NCBI GenBank assembly: GCA_963702425.1
Contig: CAVPCQ010000040.1
Location: 32,001 to 96,000 of the forward strand
Length of the DNA: 64,000 nt
DNA from: an uncultured Acidobacteriota bacterium
Lineage (GTDB): Bacteria; Acidobacteriota; Polarisedimenticolia; J045
Direction of reading: 5' to 3'
Part shown: positions 41,264 to 52,777 of the stretch, piece after piece
How positions within the stretch are numbered: the first letter of the stretch is position 1
Layout of the letters: each line of letters starts with the position of its first letter
Position numbers and translations under genes: made by a program
The notes under the pieces: model-generated
Databases searched by the model: none
Seen by the model: the letters and a program-made list of their open reading frames with translations, nothing else
Told to the model about the DNA's origin: nothing

Positions 41264-41398
41264 CGCGGCGCGAGCGGCGCAGGCGGCGCAGCGGCGCGAG
41301 CGGCGCAGGCGGCGCGAGCGGCGCAGGCGGCGTCGGCGGCGCGACCGGCGCAGGCGGCGCGAGCGGCGCAGGCGGCGCGAGCGGCGCAGGCGGCGCGG
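41264..41398. repeat. Degenerate intergenic 9/18-bp tandem repeat (gcgagcggcgcaggcggc)
   Basis: Visible periodic gcggcgcag/gcggcgcga units between ppx and the HNH gene. Confidence 0.85.
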
Positions 41399-41651
41399 CA
41401 GTCCCGCCGGCAGGCGTCGGCTTCTCCCGCTGCGTGACACGGGGGCCCTGCCGCCCGATTCCGAGAACGCGAGGACCGGGTCCCTCTCTGGCTCCTACCC
41501 CCACGGCCCGGAGCGTGATCTGTTCCGGGAGCACGCCTTCCGCAACGGCGTGCCATCGGTCTGGCGCGCGTTGCGCCCGCGGGACGCCGAGGTGCGGTAC
41601 TTTCTTTTGTAGCATGGTGGATTTTTGTGTGTCATGTGATATGATGATCAC

Positions 41652-44357
41652 ATGTCAGCGGGAATCCTCATCGACTGGTCGGGGGCGGTCGGCCGCAGGC
41701 GGTGGGACCTGCTGCTGCCGGGCTACCCGACCGCTCCCGTGCGCCCGGCCGATCGCCGCGGCACCGGCGACGACGGCGCAGGCAGCGGCAGCCGCGCCGT
41801 CCGTAGCGGGAGCGGGAGCAGCGGCAAGCTCTGCGACGTGCTCGGCGACAGCCGCAGCAGCGGCGTGCTCGGCGACAGCCGCAGCAGCGGCGTGCTCGGC
41901 GACAGCCGCCACATCGACAGCGAGGCGGTCGTGCGCTTCCCGGCGCCCCCCGCCCGGCTCCTGCGGCTCGACCGGCTGGCCCTCGAGCTGCGCGTCGCGC
42001 ACGACCGCCTCGCGCGGCCGCTGGCCCGCGCCGCGGCGGCGTTCCTGGCCGCGAGAGCGTGGCGCGCCTGCGGCGCGGCCCGGCTCGAGGACCACGCCCG
42101 CGAACGGTTCGGCCGCACGGCGCGCTGGGTCCGGCAGTGGGCAGACCTCGGCGGCGCGCTCGCGCGCTGTCCGGAGCTGGCGTGCGCGCTCACAGGGGAC
42201 GACGGCGGGGTGCCGCTCGGCGCCGAAGCGGCGCGGCTGGTGGCGCGGGTGGTGGCTGCGGACGCCGACGGGGATTGCGACGCCCTGCTCGCGCGGTGGA
42301 TCGCGCGGGCCCGGGAGGTGCCGCTGCGCGTCCTGCGGGCCGAGGTGCGGGCCGCACTCGCGCGCGATGCAGGCGATGCGATCGTCGCAGTGGAAGGCGA
42401 AGCGGATGGTGCGGCCGAGGGCGGCTTCCCCAAGGTCGCCGCGAGCGCCGGCCACGTCGCCGGCGACCCCGAGCTCGACGACGAGCCGCGCTGCCTCGTC
42501 GAGTTCCGGCTCCCGGCCGCGATCCGCGCCGCCTTCGACGAGGTCGTCGACCTGCACCGCGCGCTCGCCGGGCGCGACGGATCGCTGGCCGAGGCGATCG
42601 ACGCGCTGCTCGCGGAATCCATGTCGGGGAGCCTGGCGCTCCCGGACGAGGGCCGGTTCGGCACGCCCGGCGTGTTCGGCGCGACCGGCGTGGTGGGCGC
42701 GCCTGGTGCGCCTCGGCGCGGTCGGCGCGGTCGGTGTGCTTGGCGCGCCTGGCGTGGTTGGCGCGGTTGGCGTGGTTGGCGCACCGGGTGCGGTCGGTGC
42801 GGTCGGTGTGGTTGGCGCGGTCGGCACGCCCGGGACACCGCGTGCGGCGACCGCGCATCGCGGCGGGAGCGACGCGCTGGGCCTCGCGTGGCGCCCGGCC
42901 GGGCGCCTTCACGCACGTGATTCCAAGCGGGAAGCGCGACTCGAGCGGGCTACCGCTCGCTGGGCCGCCCTGCCGCCTCTGACTCCCTCCGAGTTCACAC
43001 CCCGGCTCGACGACCTGTTGCGCCGCGCCGAGGCCTCGCTCGCCGAGTTCCGGCAGCTCGAAGCCTGTGCCGGCTACGGCGGCCCGCTTGCGCTCGATGA
43101 CCAGCTCTGCCGGCTCGTCCTGCTCGAGGACGCCCTGATGCGGCGCCTCGGCGAGATCGTGCGGGAGTTCTCCCGCCGCGGTGCGTGGGCCACGCTCGGC
43201 TTCGCCGGCATCGGCCACTACGCCGAGCGCCGGCTGGGCCTGCCGGCGACCGTCGTCGAAGACCGCGTCGCCGTCGCGCGCCGCCTCGCCCGCTTCCCGC
43301 TCCTGCGCGACGCCTACGAGCGCGGCGCGCTCGGGCTCGACGCCCTGCTCGTCGTCCTGCGCACGCTCGGCCGCGGGCCCGTCCCGGACGACGTGGAACG
43401 CGCCTGGCTCGCCCGCGCCCGCGAGGCCACCGTCAAGCGGCTGCGCGACGAGGCCCGGGCGCTCGCGCGGCGCGATCTCGAGCTGGCGCCGGAGGCCGCG
43501 GATGGGTCGCCTTGCCCGGACAGCGTGGTGGCCGCGGATGGGTCGCCTTGCACCTGGACAGCGTGGTGGCCGCGGACGGTGCACTGCCAGCGGATTGTGC
43601 TGTGCTCGCAGGCAGTCGAACATCCGCGGACGCGCGTCCGCTTGCGGACGGTCCTCTGCCCGCGGAGCGCGGCGCACCACCGCGCCCCCTTTCCGACACC
43701 GCCTGGGCCGCTTCGCTGCGCCGCGCTCCCGGCCTTGCGCGCCGCCGCGTGCTCCAGGCCGGACTGCTGGCACTCGAGCCCAGCCCGGACGTTTTCCTCC
43801 AGCTCCGCCTGCCGGAGTCGCTCGCCGACGACCTGCTCGCCGCGGTCGAGGCCGCACGGCGCGGCCTGACCGCGCTGGCCGACAGCGTCCCGTGGCAGCT
43901 GCCGTGGCCCGACGACGCAGCCCTCCCCTCCGTCCGTGCCGCCCGGATGTTTTCCGTCCGCGCCCGGCGCGCCCCGGCCTGGGTCGGGCTGCTCGCGCTC
44001 CTGGAGGAAGCCGCCTTCGCCTGGGACGACCCACGCGCTTTCCCCGAACGCGCCGCCGACCCGATCTACCGCCGCGACGGCTTCCGCTGCACGGCTCCCG
44101 GCTGCACCGCCCGCGCGACGATCGAAGAGCACCACGTCGTCTTCCGCTCGCGTGGCGGCAGCGACGACCCCGCCAACCGCGTCGCGCTCTGCGCCGCCCA
44201 CCACGCCGCGCTCCACGAGCACGGCACGCTCGCCGTCGCCGGAAGGGCACCGCTGGGGCTCACCTGGACCGCGGGTTCAGGGCTGGCGGCCCGGCGCTAC
44301 CGCTGCGAGCGGCGCCTGGCGGCCGCTACCCCAGCGCGCGCAGCTGCCCCGGCGTGA
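41652..44357 (+). CDS. DUF222-like protein with C-terminal HNH endonuclease (frameshifts near 42705 and 43555)
   Basis: RDGFRCTAPGC...EEHHVVFRSRGGSDDPANRVALCAAHH; two homologous helical modules; internal minisatellites. Confidence 0.8.
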
Positions 44358-44829
44358 GGAACCACTGCAGCACGCCGGCCCCTTCCTTCGGCGCCCCGCC
44401 GAACTCGATCAGCGCCGCGCCCCCCTTCTTGAACCCGAGGAAGTGCCCCGCATAGCCGCAGAGCCAGAAGGCTGCGGCCTCTCCCAGGTCCGGCTCGTGG
44501 CCGACCAGCGCCACCGTCTCGGCGGTCCGCTGCCGGGCGAGCCATGCGCTCAGCGTCGCGGGGGTCCCGGACTGCGCCAGCAGAGGCGTCTCGACCGGTT
44601 CGAGCCCGCCCCACGCGCGCGCCAGGATCTCCGCGGTCTCGCGCGCCCGGACGAGCGGGCTCGTGGCCAGCAGCGTGACCTGCGGCTCGAGTGTCACCAG
44701 CCCGCGCGTCACGCGCTTCATCTTGTCGCGGCCGTCGGCGGTCAGCGGCCGCAGCCCGTCGTCGTCCGAGCGCTTGGCCCAGACCGCACGGTCCTCGGCG
44801 ATCGCGTGGCGGACCAGGATCAGCTTCAT
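44326..44829 (-). CDS. sixA: Phosphohistidine phosphatase SixA
   Basis: LVRHAIA, RPLT, TSPLVRARETA, LVGHEPDL, FKKGG. Confidence 0.92.
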   Translation of the reverse strand: MKLILVRHAIAEDRAVWAKRSDDDGLRPLTADGRDKMKRVTRGLVTLEPQVTLLATSPLVRARETAEILARAWGGLEPVETPLLAQSGTPATLSAWLARQRTAETVALVGHEPDLGEAAAFWLCGYAGHFLGFKKGGAALIEFGGAPKEGAGVLQWFLTPGQLRALG

Positions 44830-44866
44830 CGCGTCGTTCTCCCGCGCCGGTCGGTGACGTCCGGCG

Positions 44867-46810
44867 TCAGTTGGCCTTCTTGCCGGACAGGACCTTTTGC
44901 GCTTCGATCCCCTCCGCCGAGGCGGGAGCCATCTGCACCACCTGTTGCAGATGGGAACGCCCCTCGTCGGTCCGACCCATGGCGATCAGTTCCATCCCCA
45001 GGCGCAGGTGGGCCTTGGGGTAGCGCGGGTTGATCTGGATCGCGCGCTGGAGCTGCGCGACTCCCTCGCCGTAGACGCGCTGCGCGTCCTCCATCCGGCC
45101 GTCGCGGCGCGCCTGCTGCGCCAGGTAGAGCGAGGCCAGCGCCCAGTTGTAGTAGGGCGTCGCGTACTCCGGGTCCTGCTCGAGCGCTCCCTTGAAGTGC
45201 TCGATCGCATCCTCGTAGCGGCCCAGACGGAGGTAGGCCGAGCCCAGGTTGTTGTGCGCCTTGGCCCGCCCCTCGCGGTCGTCGTAGTACTTCAGCGCCA
45301 GCGTGTACTCCTCGACCGAGGCCTCCGTCTTCCCCTGCGTCGCATAGGCGATTCCGAGGTGCAGGTGCGGGATCCCCTGCTCCGGCGACTTGACCACCGC
45401 GTCCTGCCAGAACGCGAGATCGCTCTGCCAGACCTCGGCCCGCTTGACCGTCGCCGCCGCGGCCGGGACCGCGATCAGCAGCGCCGCCCCGGCGACCAGC
45501 CCCTGCTGCAGCACGGGCTTCGCGTTCGGCAGCAGCCGTGCGGCCGCCCGCTCGCCGAGGAAGCCGAGCAGCAGCAGCGCCCCGGCGCTGGGGATGTAGA
45601 GGTAGCGCTCGGCGAGCGGCGTTTCGGAGATCGAGAAGAGCGCGATCGCCAGCGAAGGCGCCAGCGCGGCGTAGAACAGCCCGAGCGCGATCCCTTCGCG
45701 GCCCCAGCCCGCCTTCCGATTCCACAGCCAGAGCAGGAACACCGACACCGCGCCGATCGCGAGCCCGGCGAGGATCGCCGGCCAGCCCGGCATCTCGGCC
45801 ACGAAGGCCGACTGCGGCGGCGGCCAGAACAGCTTCTGGACGTACCAGCCGAGCGCGGCCGGCAGAGCCTCCGGGCCACCCGAGCCTTTCGACTGGAACG
45901 GGCTGCCCGAGGCGGCCAGCGCGCTGTTGCGGACGATCAGGTAGAGCGCGCCGACGGCCCAGAAGACTCCCCAGCGGACGAGGACCGCACCGAACCCATC
46001 GGACACCGCTGACGGCGCGCCTCCCTTGCCCCCCTTGCCGCCGCGGCCCGCCTTGGTACCCTTCGCCGCGGTGCGCTGCTCGAAGCGCCGCTCGGCACGC
46101 GTCTTGACCGCCGCCTCGCCGCTCAGTCCCTCCCCCGGTCGCGTGAAGAGGTCGATCAGCGGCACCAGCAGCAGCAGCCCGACGCCCGTCTCCTTCGCCA
46201 GCATCGCGCCGAACGCCGCCGCGCCGGCGGCCAGCAGCCAGCCCAGCTTGAGCGACGCGCGGTGCAGCAGGTAGCAGAGGATCGCGGCCAGGAAGAAGAC
46301 CGCGCAGACCACGTCGGACCGGCCCGCCATCCAGGCCACCGACTCGGTGTGGATCGGGTGGACCGCGAAGAGCAGCGCCGCGGCCGCGGAGCCCGCCAGC
46401 CCCGCCACCCCTTCAAACCCGGGTGGCCCCGGCCGGCCGGCGACCTTCGTCAGCACCACCCCCAGCAGGAACACCAGCACCGTCGCCACAGCGTGCCAGA
46501 GGATCGGCGTCGTGTGGTAGACGATCCGGCGCGCGTCGTCGCGCTTCTCGAGCGGCCAGAACGACGCTGCGACCTTCTCGTCGAGCTGGTAGGTCACGAT
46601 GATCAGCGGCCGATAGTAGTTTTCCCCGAACTGCGGGATCCCCCGGGGTGGGAAGAAGACGTTGCTGAAGCTGTCGAAGTACGGCAGCTGCTGCTGGAAG
46701 ACGATCGGATCGTCCCAGACGAACTCGTTGTCGCGCGCTCCCCAGAAGACGGCGACGGCCACCAGCGCCAGGACGAGCGCGACGAGCGTGACGAGCGCGG
46801 ACGGCTTCAC
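44867..46810 (-). CDS. TMTC-like GT-C membrane glycosyltransferase with TPR repeats
   Basis: FVWDD, YYRPL, LLFAVHPIHTESVAWMAGR, AKETG, AERYLYIP, then TPRs (AHNNLGSAY). Confidence 0.85.
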   Translation of the reverse strand: MKPSALVTLVALVLALVAVAVFWGARDNEFVWDDPIVFQQQLPYFDSFSNVFFPPRGIPQFGENYYRPLIIVTYQLDEKVAASFWPLEKRDDARRIVYHTTPILWHAVATVLVFLLGVVLTKVAGRPGPPGFEGVAGLAGSAAAALLFAVHPIHTESVAWMAGRSDVVCAVFFLAAILCYLLHRASLKLGWLLAAGAAAFGAMLAKETGVGLLLLVPLIDLFTRPGEGLSGEAAVKTRAERRFEQRTAAKGTKAGRGGKGGKGGAPSAVSDGFGAVLVRWGVFWAVGALYLIVRNSALAASGSPFQSKGSGGPEALPAALGWYVQKLFWPPPQSAFVAEMPGWPAILAGLAIGAVSVFLLWLWNRKAGWGREGIALGLFYAALAPSLAIALFSISETPLAERYLYIPSAGALLLLGFLGERAAARLLPNAKPVLQQGLVAGAALLIAVPAAAATVKRAEVWQSDLAFWQDAVVKSPEQGIPHLHLGIAYATQGKTEASVEEYTLALKYYDDREGRAKAHNNLGSAYLRLGRYEDAIEHFKGALEQDPEYATPYYNWALASLYLAQQARRDGRMEDAQRVYGEGVAQLQRAIQINPRYPKAHLRLGMELIAMGRTDEGRSHLQQVVQMAPASAEGIEAQKVLSGKKAN

Positions 46811-47619
46811 GGGCGGCCCTCCGGCCCGCGCGGGCGGCGGGCCACGACGATCAGGTTCTCGCCCCAGCCGGCCGGAATCAGCGGCCGCGCGAGAAGCACG
46901 GTGGCGATCGTCGGCAGGCTGAAGATCGCGTATTGCGGCAGCTTCGGCATCCACTTGAGGTACGGCATGTCCCAGGGCCCATCGGAGAAGGCGCGCTCCA
47001 CGGAAAGCCCGGCCGCGCGCGTCAGCCGCAGCCAGTCGCCGGCCTCGAGCAGCGAGACGTGCGTCTCGTCCTTGAAGGCGTACCACTCCGGACCGCGAAA
47101 GCGCCGGCCCGGCGAGCGCAGCTCCGGCACCGAGTAGAGCACGGCACCACCCGGTGCGAGCAGGCCGGCGATCCGCGCCAGCGCCTGGTCCGGCCGCGGC
47201 AGGTGCTCCAGCACGTACTTCGCCAGCACCAGGTCGAAGCCGCCCGCGGCGACCTCCGGCGGCAGCTCCCCCAAGACGTCGGCCACGAAGGTCCGCGAGC
47301 GCGGGGCGTTCTCTTTCGCGCGCCCGACGGCGTAGTCGGAGATGTCCACGCCAACCGTCTCGAACTCCCGCTCGAGCCAGGCCAGCGTGTAGCCGTGCGC
47401 GCAGCCGATCTCGAGCAGGCGCCGGCCGCCGGCCCGGCGCAGCAGGCGCCGCGCGAGCAGCGCGTAGTAGCGCACCGACCACCAGTGCAGGTTGAAGCGC
47501 TTCAGCTCGTCCAGCCCGAACTCGCGCTGGTAGTAGTCCTGCCCGAAGCGGCCCGGGCCCGCGCCAGGTCCCGGATCCGCGCCCGCGCCCGCGCCGGGAC
47601 CGCCAGCCGGCGCGTTCAC
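46807..47619 (-). CDS. Class I SAM-dependent methyltransferase
   Basis: LLEIGCAHG, GVDIS, FDLVLAKYVLEHL, LAPGG. Confidence 0.88.
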   Translation of the reverse strand: MNAPAGGPGAGAGADPGPGAGPGRFGQDYYQREFGLDELKRFNLHWWSVRYYALLARRLLRRAGGRRLLEIGCAHGYTLAWLEREFETVGVDISDYAVGRAKENAPRSRTFVADVLGELPPEVAAGGFDLVLAKYVLEHLPRPDQALARIAGLLAPGGAVLYSVPELRSPGRRFRGPEWYAFKDETHVSLLEAGDWLRLTRAAGLSVERAFSDGPWDMPYLKWMPKLPQYAIFSLPTIATVLLARPLIPAGWGENLIVVARRPRGPEGRP

Positions 47620-48832
47620 GGCCGCACCGCTGCGCGCGGTACGCGTCCCGCGACCTCGAGCTGGGCCAGCACCTCGCGCACCACGCGCTCCGGCTCGATC
47701 CGCAGCATGCAGACGTTCCCCTGGTTGCAGGGCGGCGTGTAGCCGTAGACCGTGCACGGCGAGCAGGGGGCGTCGGCGGCGATGCTGCGGAAGCGGTGGC
47801 CGGGCGGGCCCCACTTCGACAGAACGCCCGGTCCGAAAAGATGGACCGTGCGGGTCCCGACCGCGTAGGCCAGGTGCAGCACGCCGGTGTCGGCCGAAAC
47901 GTAGACGTCCACTTTCGACACGATGGCCGCGGCCTGGGCCAGCGTGCTCCTGCCGGCGACGTCGACGACCAGCTGCCCGGCGAGACGCGCGGCGACGACC
48001 GCAGCCGCCTTCACGTCCTCCCGCCCGCCGAGCACCGCAATCCCGACCCCCTCGCCGGCGAGGCGCGCGGCAACCTCGGCGTAGCGCTCGGGCGGCCAGC
48101 GCCGCTCGGGGATCGAAGCCCCGGGGTGGATCGCGACCAGCGGCCGGTCGCCGAGCGGTGCGAGCGCCTGGTCGGCGAAGCGGACCGCCTCCGTGTCGAG
48201 CGGCAGGAAGGGCTGCTCGGGATCCCAGTGCGGTTCGCGGCCCGTCGCCCGCCGCGCCAGTTCCAGGAACGAGCGCGCCTCGTAGATCGACTGGTCGTAG
48301 GGGAGCGGGTCGGTCAGCAGCCGGCGGCGAATGTTGGTGCCAAAGCCGATCCGCCGCGGTGCCCCGGTCAGGAACGCTACGATCGCCGACGCGCGGTGGT
48401 ACTGCTCGGTGTCGATGACGATGTCGTAGCGGGTGGCCAGCGCGCGCGGCAGGTCGCCCGGGAAGCGGTCGTAGAGCAGCACGCGGTCGACGAGGCCGAG
48501 GCCGCGCACCACGCCCGCGTTGCGCTTCTCGACCAGCAGGTCGATCTCGGCCTGGGGCCAGGCGCGCCGCAGCTCGGCCAGCATCGGGAGGAACAGCACG
48601 GCGTCGCCGATCCCGCCGGGGCGGATGACGAGCGCCCGGCGCGGCGGCGGGGGGGCGGTGCCGGCCTCTTCCACCTCCGGCCCCGGCGCCGGCCCCCGCC
48701 CCCGCCCGGCCCCCGCGCCGACTCCGGCAGCGGCACCGGCGCGCCGCGGCGCGCGAACGGGGCCAGCAGGGCCGCGATCGGCCAGCCGACGAGAGCGTCG
48801 CCGACCTTGAGGATGTCCGCCTTGAGACCCAT
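47616..48832 (-). CDS. Glycosyltransferase family 9 (heptosyltransferase-like), frameshift near 48700
   Basis: GGIGDAVL, HPGASIPERRWP, SADTGVLHLA, LFGP. Confidence 0.88.
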
Positions 48833-48951
48833 GCCGGCGCGCAGTTTACTGCGGCCGCCGGGGGGGCGCCCCGAATTGACCGATCGGTGGTCAGGGGGTA
48901 TCTAAGACTGGTGCGCGCGAGGCTGTTCACTCCCTTCCGGAGGCCCCTCTC

Positions 48952-50477
48952 ATGAGAAAGCTTCTCTCGGCTGCTGTCGCCCTCGTCCTCTCCGTGACCT
49001 TCTCCGCGACCCTCTCCGCCGCCGGCGACGACTCGGCCCGCCGCTACCGGCCGCAGCCGACACCCGCCCTGGTGTCGACCGCCGCCGTGCCGAAGTCGGT
49101 TCCCAACTCGAAGGGGCTGAAGACGAAGGACAACAACGTCTTCATCAACAGCAACGGCCCCAACGGCGACGCCGCGATCTGGTTCTGCGAACGACAGCAT
49201 GACCGGCGCTTCGATCTACTGGGACGCGGCCAGCACGCGCCTGGAGTGCAGCCACGCGATGGTCGCGATCAGCGGCGACGTCGGCGTGGAAGGCTACGGC
49301 AACACCTCGGGTGGCTACTTCGAGGACAACGACAACAGCGGCTACGCCTACGTCGCGGCCGGCGAGATGGGCATCGAAGGCTACGGCGCGGACGCCGGTG
49401 GCTTCTTCGCCGAGACCGGCAGCGGCAACCTCGACGGCTACGCCTACCTCGGCACGGTCGACACCGAGGGGCGCTACTTCGGGACGATCGCGTCGGGCAC
49501 CGGGGCGGGCGGCTACTTCATGGACCCGGACGGGGGCGGCGAGGCGTTCGTCGGCGTCGACGACACCGGGATCCTGGGGTTCGGTCCCTACGCCGGCGGG
49601 TCGTTCGAGACCTGGGACCTCGACGGCGACGGCTTCCCCTACGGCGACGCGCAGCTCGGGTACACCGAGGAGTACCAGGAGGGGCCGGCCTACTTCGGCA
49701 TCCGGGCCGGAGGTACCTCCGCGGGCGGCTATTTCGAGGACTACGACTCCGCAGCCTTCGCCGCGGTCGGGATCGATACCTACAAGGTCCAGGGGAGCGG
49801 CCAGGTGTCGTTCGTGCAGAACCACCCCGATCGAGAAGAACAAGGTCATCGTCTACACCGCGCCCGAGGGGGGCGAGGTCGCGACCTACACCCGCGGCAG
49901 CGGGAAGCTGGTCGACGGCGTCGCGCGCATCGCACTCGACCCGACCTTCGCGCTGGTGACGCACCCGGAGATCGGCCTGACCGCGCACGTCACCCCGCGC
50001 GGCGCCTGGAACGACCTCTACGTCGAGTCGCTGTCGACCGGCGAGATCGTCGTGAAGAGCCGCGACGCGGCGGCGAGCGGCGCGTTCGACTTCCTCGTCT
50101 ACGGCCTCCGGATCGGCTTCGAGGAGACGGCGGTCGTGCAGCCCAAGCGCGCCGAGGCGCCGATTCCGTCGATGGCCAGCCACCGGCGGATGCTCGAGCA
50201 GGAGCCCGCCCTCCGCAGCCAGACCGCGGCCGCGCGGTTCGCGGCGGCGCAGGGTCCGCTCGGCCTGGCCAAGGCGCAGGGCGCGGCGACGCCCGGGGCC
50301 GACGCGTTGCGGGCGGCGATCGGCGAGGGCAGCGCGAAGTCGAGCGCGGCCTCCCGCGCCGGGCAGCCGGCGCGCCCGGCGCGCCCCGTGGCAGCGGCGA
50401 CGGCGGCCAAGAGCGCGACGGCGGCCCAGCCGCGGCGCGGCGCGGCGCCGCCGGAGCGGGACGTGGCCCCCGAGTAG
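48952..50477 (+). CDS. Secreted Gly-rich repeat fibre-like protein (frameshifts near 49190 and 49830)
   Basis: Signal peptide; GxxGxGxxxGGYFxD repeats; FVQNHP...YTAPEG...YTRGSGKLVDG...VTP...FDFLVYGLR tail. Confidence 0.7.
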
Positions 50478-50483
50478 CCGACC

Positions 50484-51161
50484 TCAGATCCCGAGCAGCC
50501 CCGGCAGCTCCGCCAGGCTGGCGATGCGCACCGCGTCGCCGACATCGGCGTGGATCCCCCACGGGTCGAGCAGCACCGCGGGGATCCCCGCCGCGCGCGC
50601 GCCGGCGACGTCGTAGGCCGGCACGTCGCCGACGTAGAGCGCCTGCTCCGCGCCGGCGCCGAGCCGCTCGAGCGCGATCGCGAAGATCCGCGGGTCGGGC
50701 TTGGCGACGCCGACGAGGTGCGAGTCGACGACCGTCTCGAGGTAGGCGCCGAACCCCGCGGCGGCGAGGTCCTGCTCGACCTGCCCTTCGGCGTTGCTGA
50801 CCACCGCCAGCCGCCGGCCCGCGGCGTGCAGGCGCGCGACGACCTCCAGCGCCCCCGGGATCGGCCGCCGCCACAGCCCGCGCTCGTGGTGCGCGCGCCA
50901 CAGCGCGTCGAGTGCCGCGGTGTGCCCCGCCTCCGGCACGCCGACCTCGCCGAGAATCCGCCCGAAGTAGCCGTCCCACAGCGCGCGGCCCGCCACGCCG
51001 CGCCCCGCCGCCGCGGCGCCCCAGACGCGCGCGCGTCCCTCGGCCGCGTCGAGCGTGCTGTCGGCCGGAGCGGCATCGCCTGAGGCACCGGCGGCCGGCA
51101 GGTGCCGGCGGAGCTCGTCGTAGTCGAGCGTGATCAGCGTGCCGCCGGCGTCGAGCAGCAC
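50484..51161 (-). CDS. HAD-superfamily hydrolase
   Basis: LLDAGGTL, VVSN, KPDPRIF, YVGD...YDVAGA; the true start may be slightly upstream. Confidence 0.88.
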   Translation of the reverse strand: MLLDAGGTLITLDYDELRRHLPAAGASGDAAPADSTLDAAEGRARVWGAAAAGRGVAGRALWDGYFGRILGEVGVPEAGHTAALDALWRAHHERGLWRRPIPGALEVVARLHAAGRRLAVVSNAEGQVEQDLAAAGFGAYLETVVDSHLVGVAKPDPRIFAIALERLGAGAEQALYVGDVPAYDVAGARAAGIPAVLLDPWGIHADVGDAVRIASLAELPGLLGI

Positions 51162-51235
51162 GACCTCCCGGCGCGTGAGATCCGCGCGCGCTGGGGCGCC
51201 GCGGCGCTCACGGTGCGGTACTCACGGCGCTGGAT

Positions 51236-52723
51236 TCACGGCGCAGCGCTGACGGTGAGCTTCGCGTCGCCGGAGAGCTTGGCCTCGGCATAGGTCGTGC
51301 CGGCCCGCACCGCCGAGCGCGTCGCCTGCATCCGGCTCGTGCCCTTCGGCGCGATCTCGCAGCCGCTGGCGCTGACCCCCGGCGGCGGCGCCCCCGACTC
51401 GTCGACCCCCTCGGTCATCACCATGCACGGCGAGGGCAGCACGAGCCGCATCGCGGCCCGTCCGTCGAGCGTCAGCTGCGGGTGCATGCCCCGCGTCAGC
51501 ACCCGCAGGTCGATCTCGGTGTCGGTCGCCTTCAGCTCCGCCTTCCCGGTGACACCGCCGACCGCGATCTTGCCGCCGTTGGCCTTCGCGTCGAACGTGT
51601 CCAGCCCCTCGGCGGAGAACGCGCTCTGGTCGAGCTTGAGCGTCGTGCCGCGCCCGATCGACTTGACCTTCGCGTTGCTCGACTCCTCCAGCGTCAGGTC
51701 GAGGGCGTCCTTGACCCCCTCGATCTCGACCTCGGCGCCGTCGCGCGCGACGACCTTGGCCCGCCCGGTCAGTCCCTTCACGGACAGCGATCCGCCCTGG
51801 AGCTCGGCCGACAGCCCGCCGGGCAGCTCCTCGACGATCACTTCGCTCGACTCGCCCTTGAAGAAGAGCAGCGCGTTCTCGGTGCCGCTGCGGCGCGCCT
51901 CGAGCCGCGCGGAGACGCCGCTCAGCTGCACCGTCCCCTGCCATCCCTCGAGCGCGACGTTGGCGCTCTCGGCCTCGCCCTGCAGGCTGCCGCGGCCGCC
52001 GTTCACGGTCAGCGTCCCGCCGTCCATCGTGAAGCGCAGCGCGCCGTCGAGCTCGGCGACCTCGACGTCGCCGCCGTCGCCCTTGAAGCGCACGAGGCCG
52101 TGGTGCCGGCTCGCGACGAGCCGGGCGGAGTTCAGCTCGGCGAGCAGCGGCCCGCTGCAGTCCTCGAAGGTGAAGCGCGAGCCGCGCCCGGCCAGCGAGG
52201 CGCCGCTCGCACGGCTGACCCGCACGTCGGAGTCGTCGACCGCGATCCGCAGCTGCGCGGCCGCCGGGGCGATCGCCGCCTCGTCGAACATCGCGCCCGC
52301 GGCCGGGGCCTTGGCGGGATCTGCCTCCACCCGCCCCTCGACCGTCACCTCCAGCGACTCGCCGTTGATCGTCAGGACCAGGCCCGGCCGCGCGATGATC
52401 TTGATCGCGAGCCGCGGCGCGACGCTCTCCTCGCCGTGCGGCTGGGTGATCGTCAGGACGTTGTCGGCGCGCTCGAGCGTCACGAACCCTTCGGTGGCCG
52501 CGCCGTGCTCGAGGTCCTCGATCAGCAGCTGCGGTTCTTCCTCGGGGTCGAGCACCACCTCGATCCGCCCGCTCCGGATCTGGATCGTCAGCTTGGTGGT
52601 GTCGAGCTCGGCGTCGACGGGAAGCTCGACCCCCTCCCCCCGGGCGGCCGGGAGGGCGAGCAGGAGGGACAGGACGGCCAGGACGGCCGGCACGGCTGGT
52701 CTGGAGAGGTTCGGGCGGCGCAT
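51236..52723 (-). CDS. Secreted DUF4097-like beta-strand repeat protein
   Basis: Signal peptide; repeated G-x-V/L beta motifs. Confidence 0.65.
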   Translation of the reverse strand: MRRPNLSRPAVPAVLAVLSLLLALPAARGEGVELPVDAELDTTKLTIQIRSGRIEVVLDPEEEPQLLIEDLEHGAATEGFVTLERADNVLTITQPHGEESVAPRLAIKIIARPGLVLTINGESLEVTVEGRVEADPAKAPAAGAMFDEAAIAPAAAQLRIAVDDSDVRVSRASGASLAGRGSRFTFEDCSGPLLAELNSARLVASRHHGLVRFKGDGGDVEVAELDGALRFTMDGGTLTVNGGRGSLQGEAESANVALEGWQGTVQLSGVSARLEARRSGTENALLFFKGESSEVIVEELPGGLSAELQGGSLSVKGLTGRAKVVARDGAEVEIEGVKDALDLTLEESSNAKVKSIGRGTTLKLDQSAFSAEGLDTFDAKANGGKIAVGGVTGKAELKATDTEIDLRVLTRGMHPQLTLDGRAAMRLVLPSPCMVMTEGVDESGAPPPGVSASGCEIAPKGTSRMQATRSAVRAGTTYAEAKLSGDAKLTVSAAP

Positions 52724-52777
52724 GGGCGGAAAGATACCGTCCCCCGGCTTGGGCCGCCCCCCGGAGGGGGTCGGATC

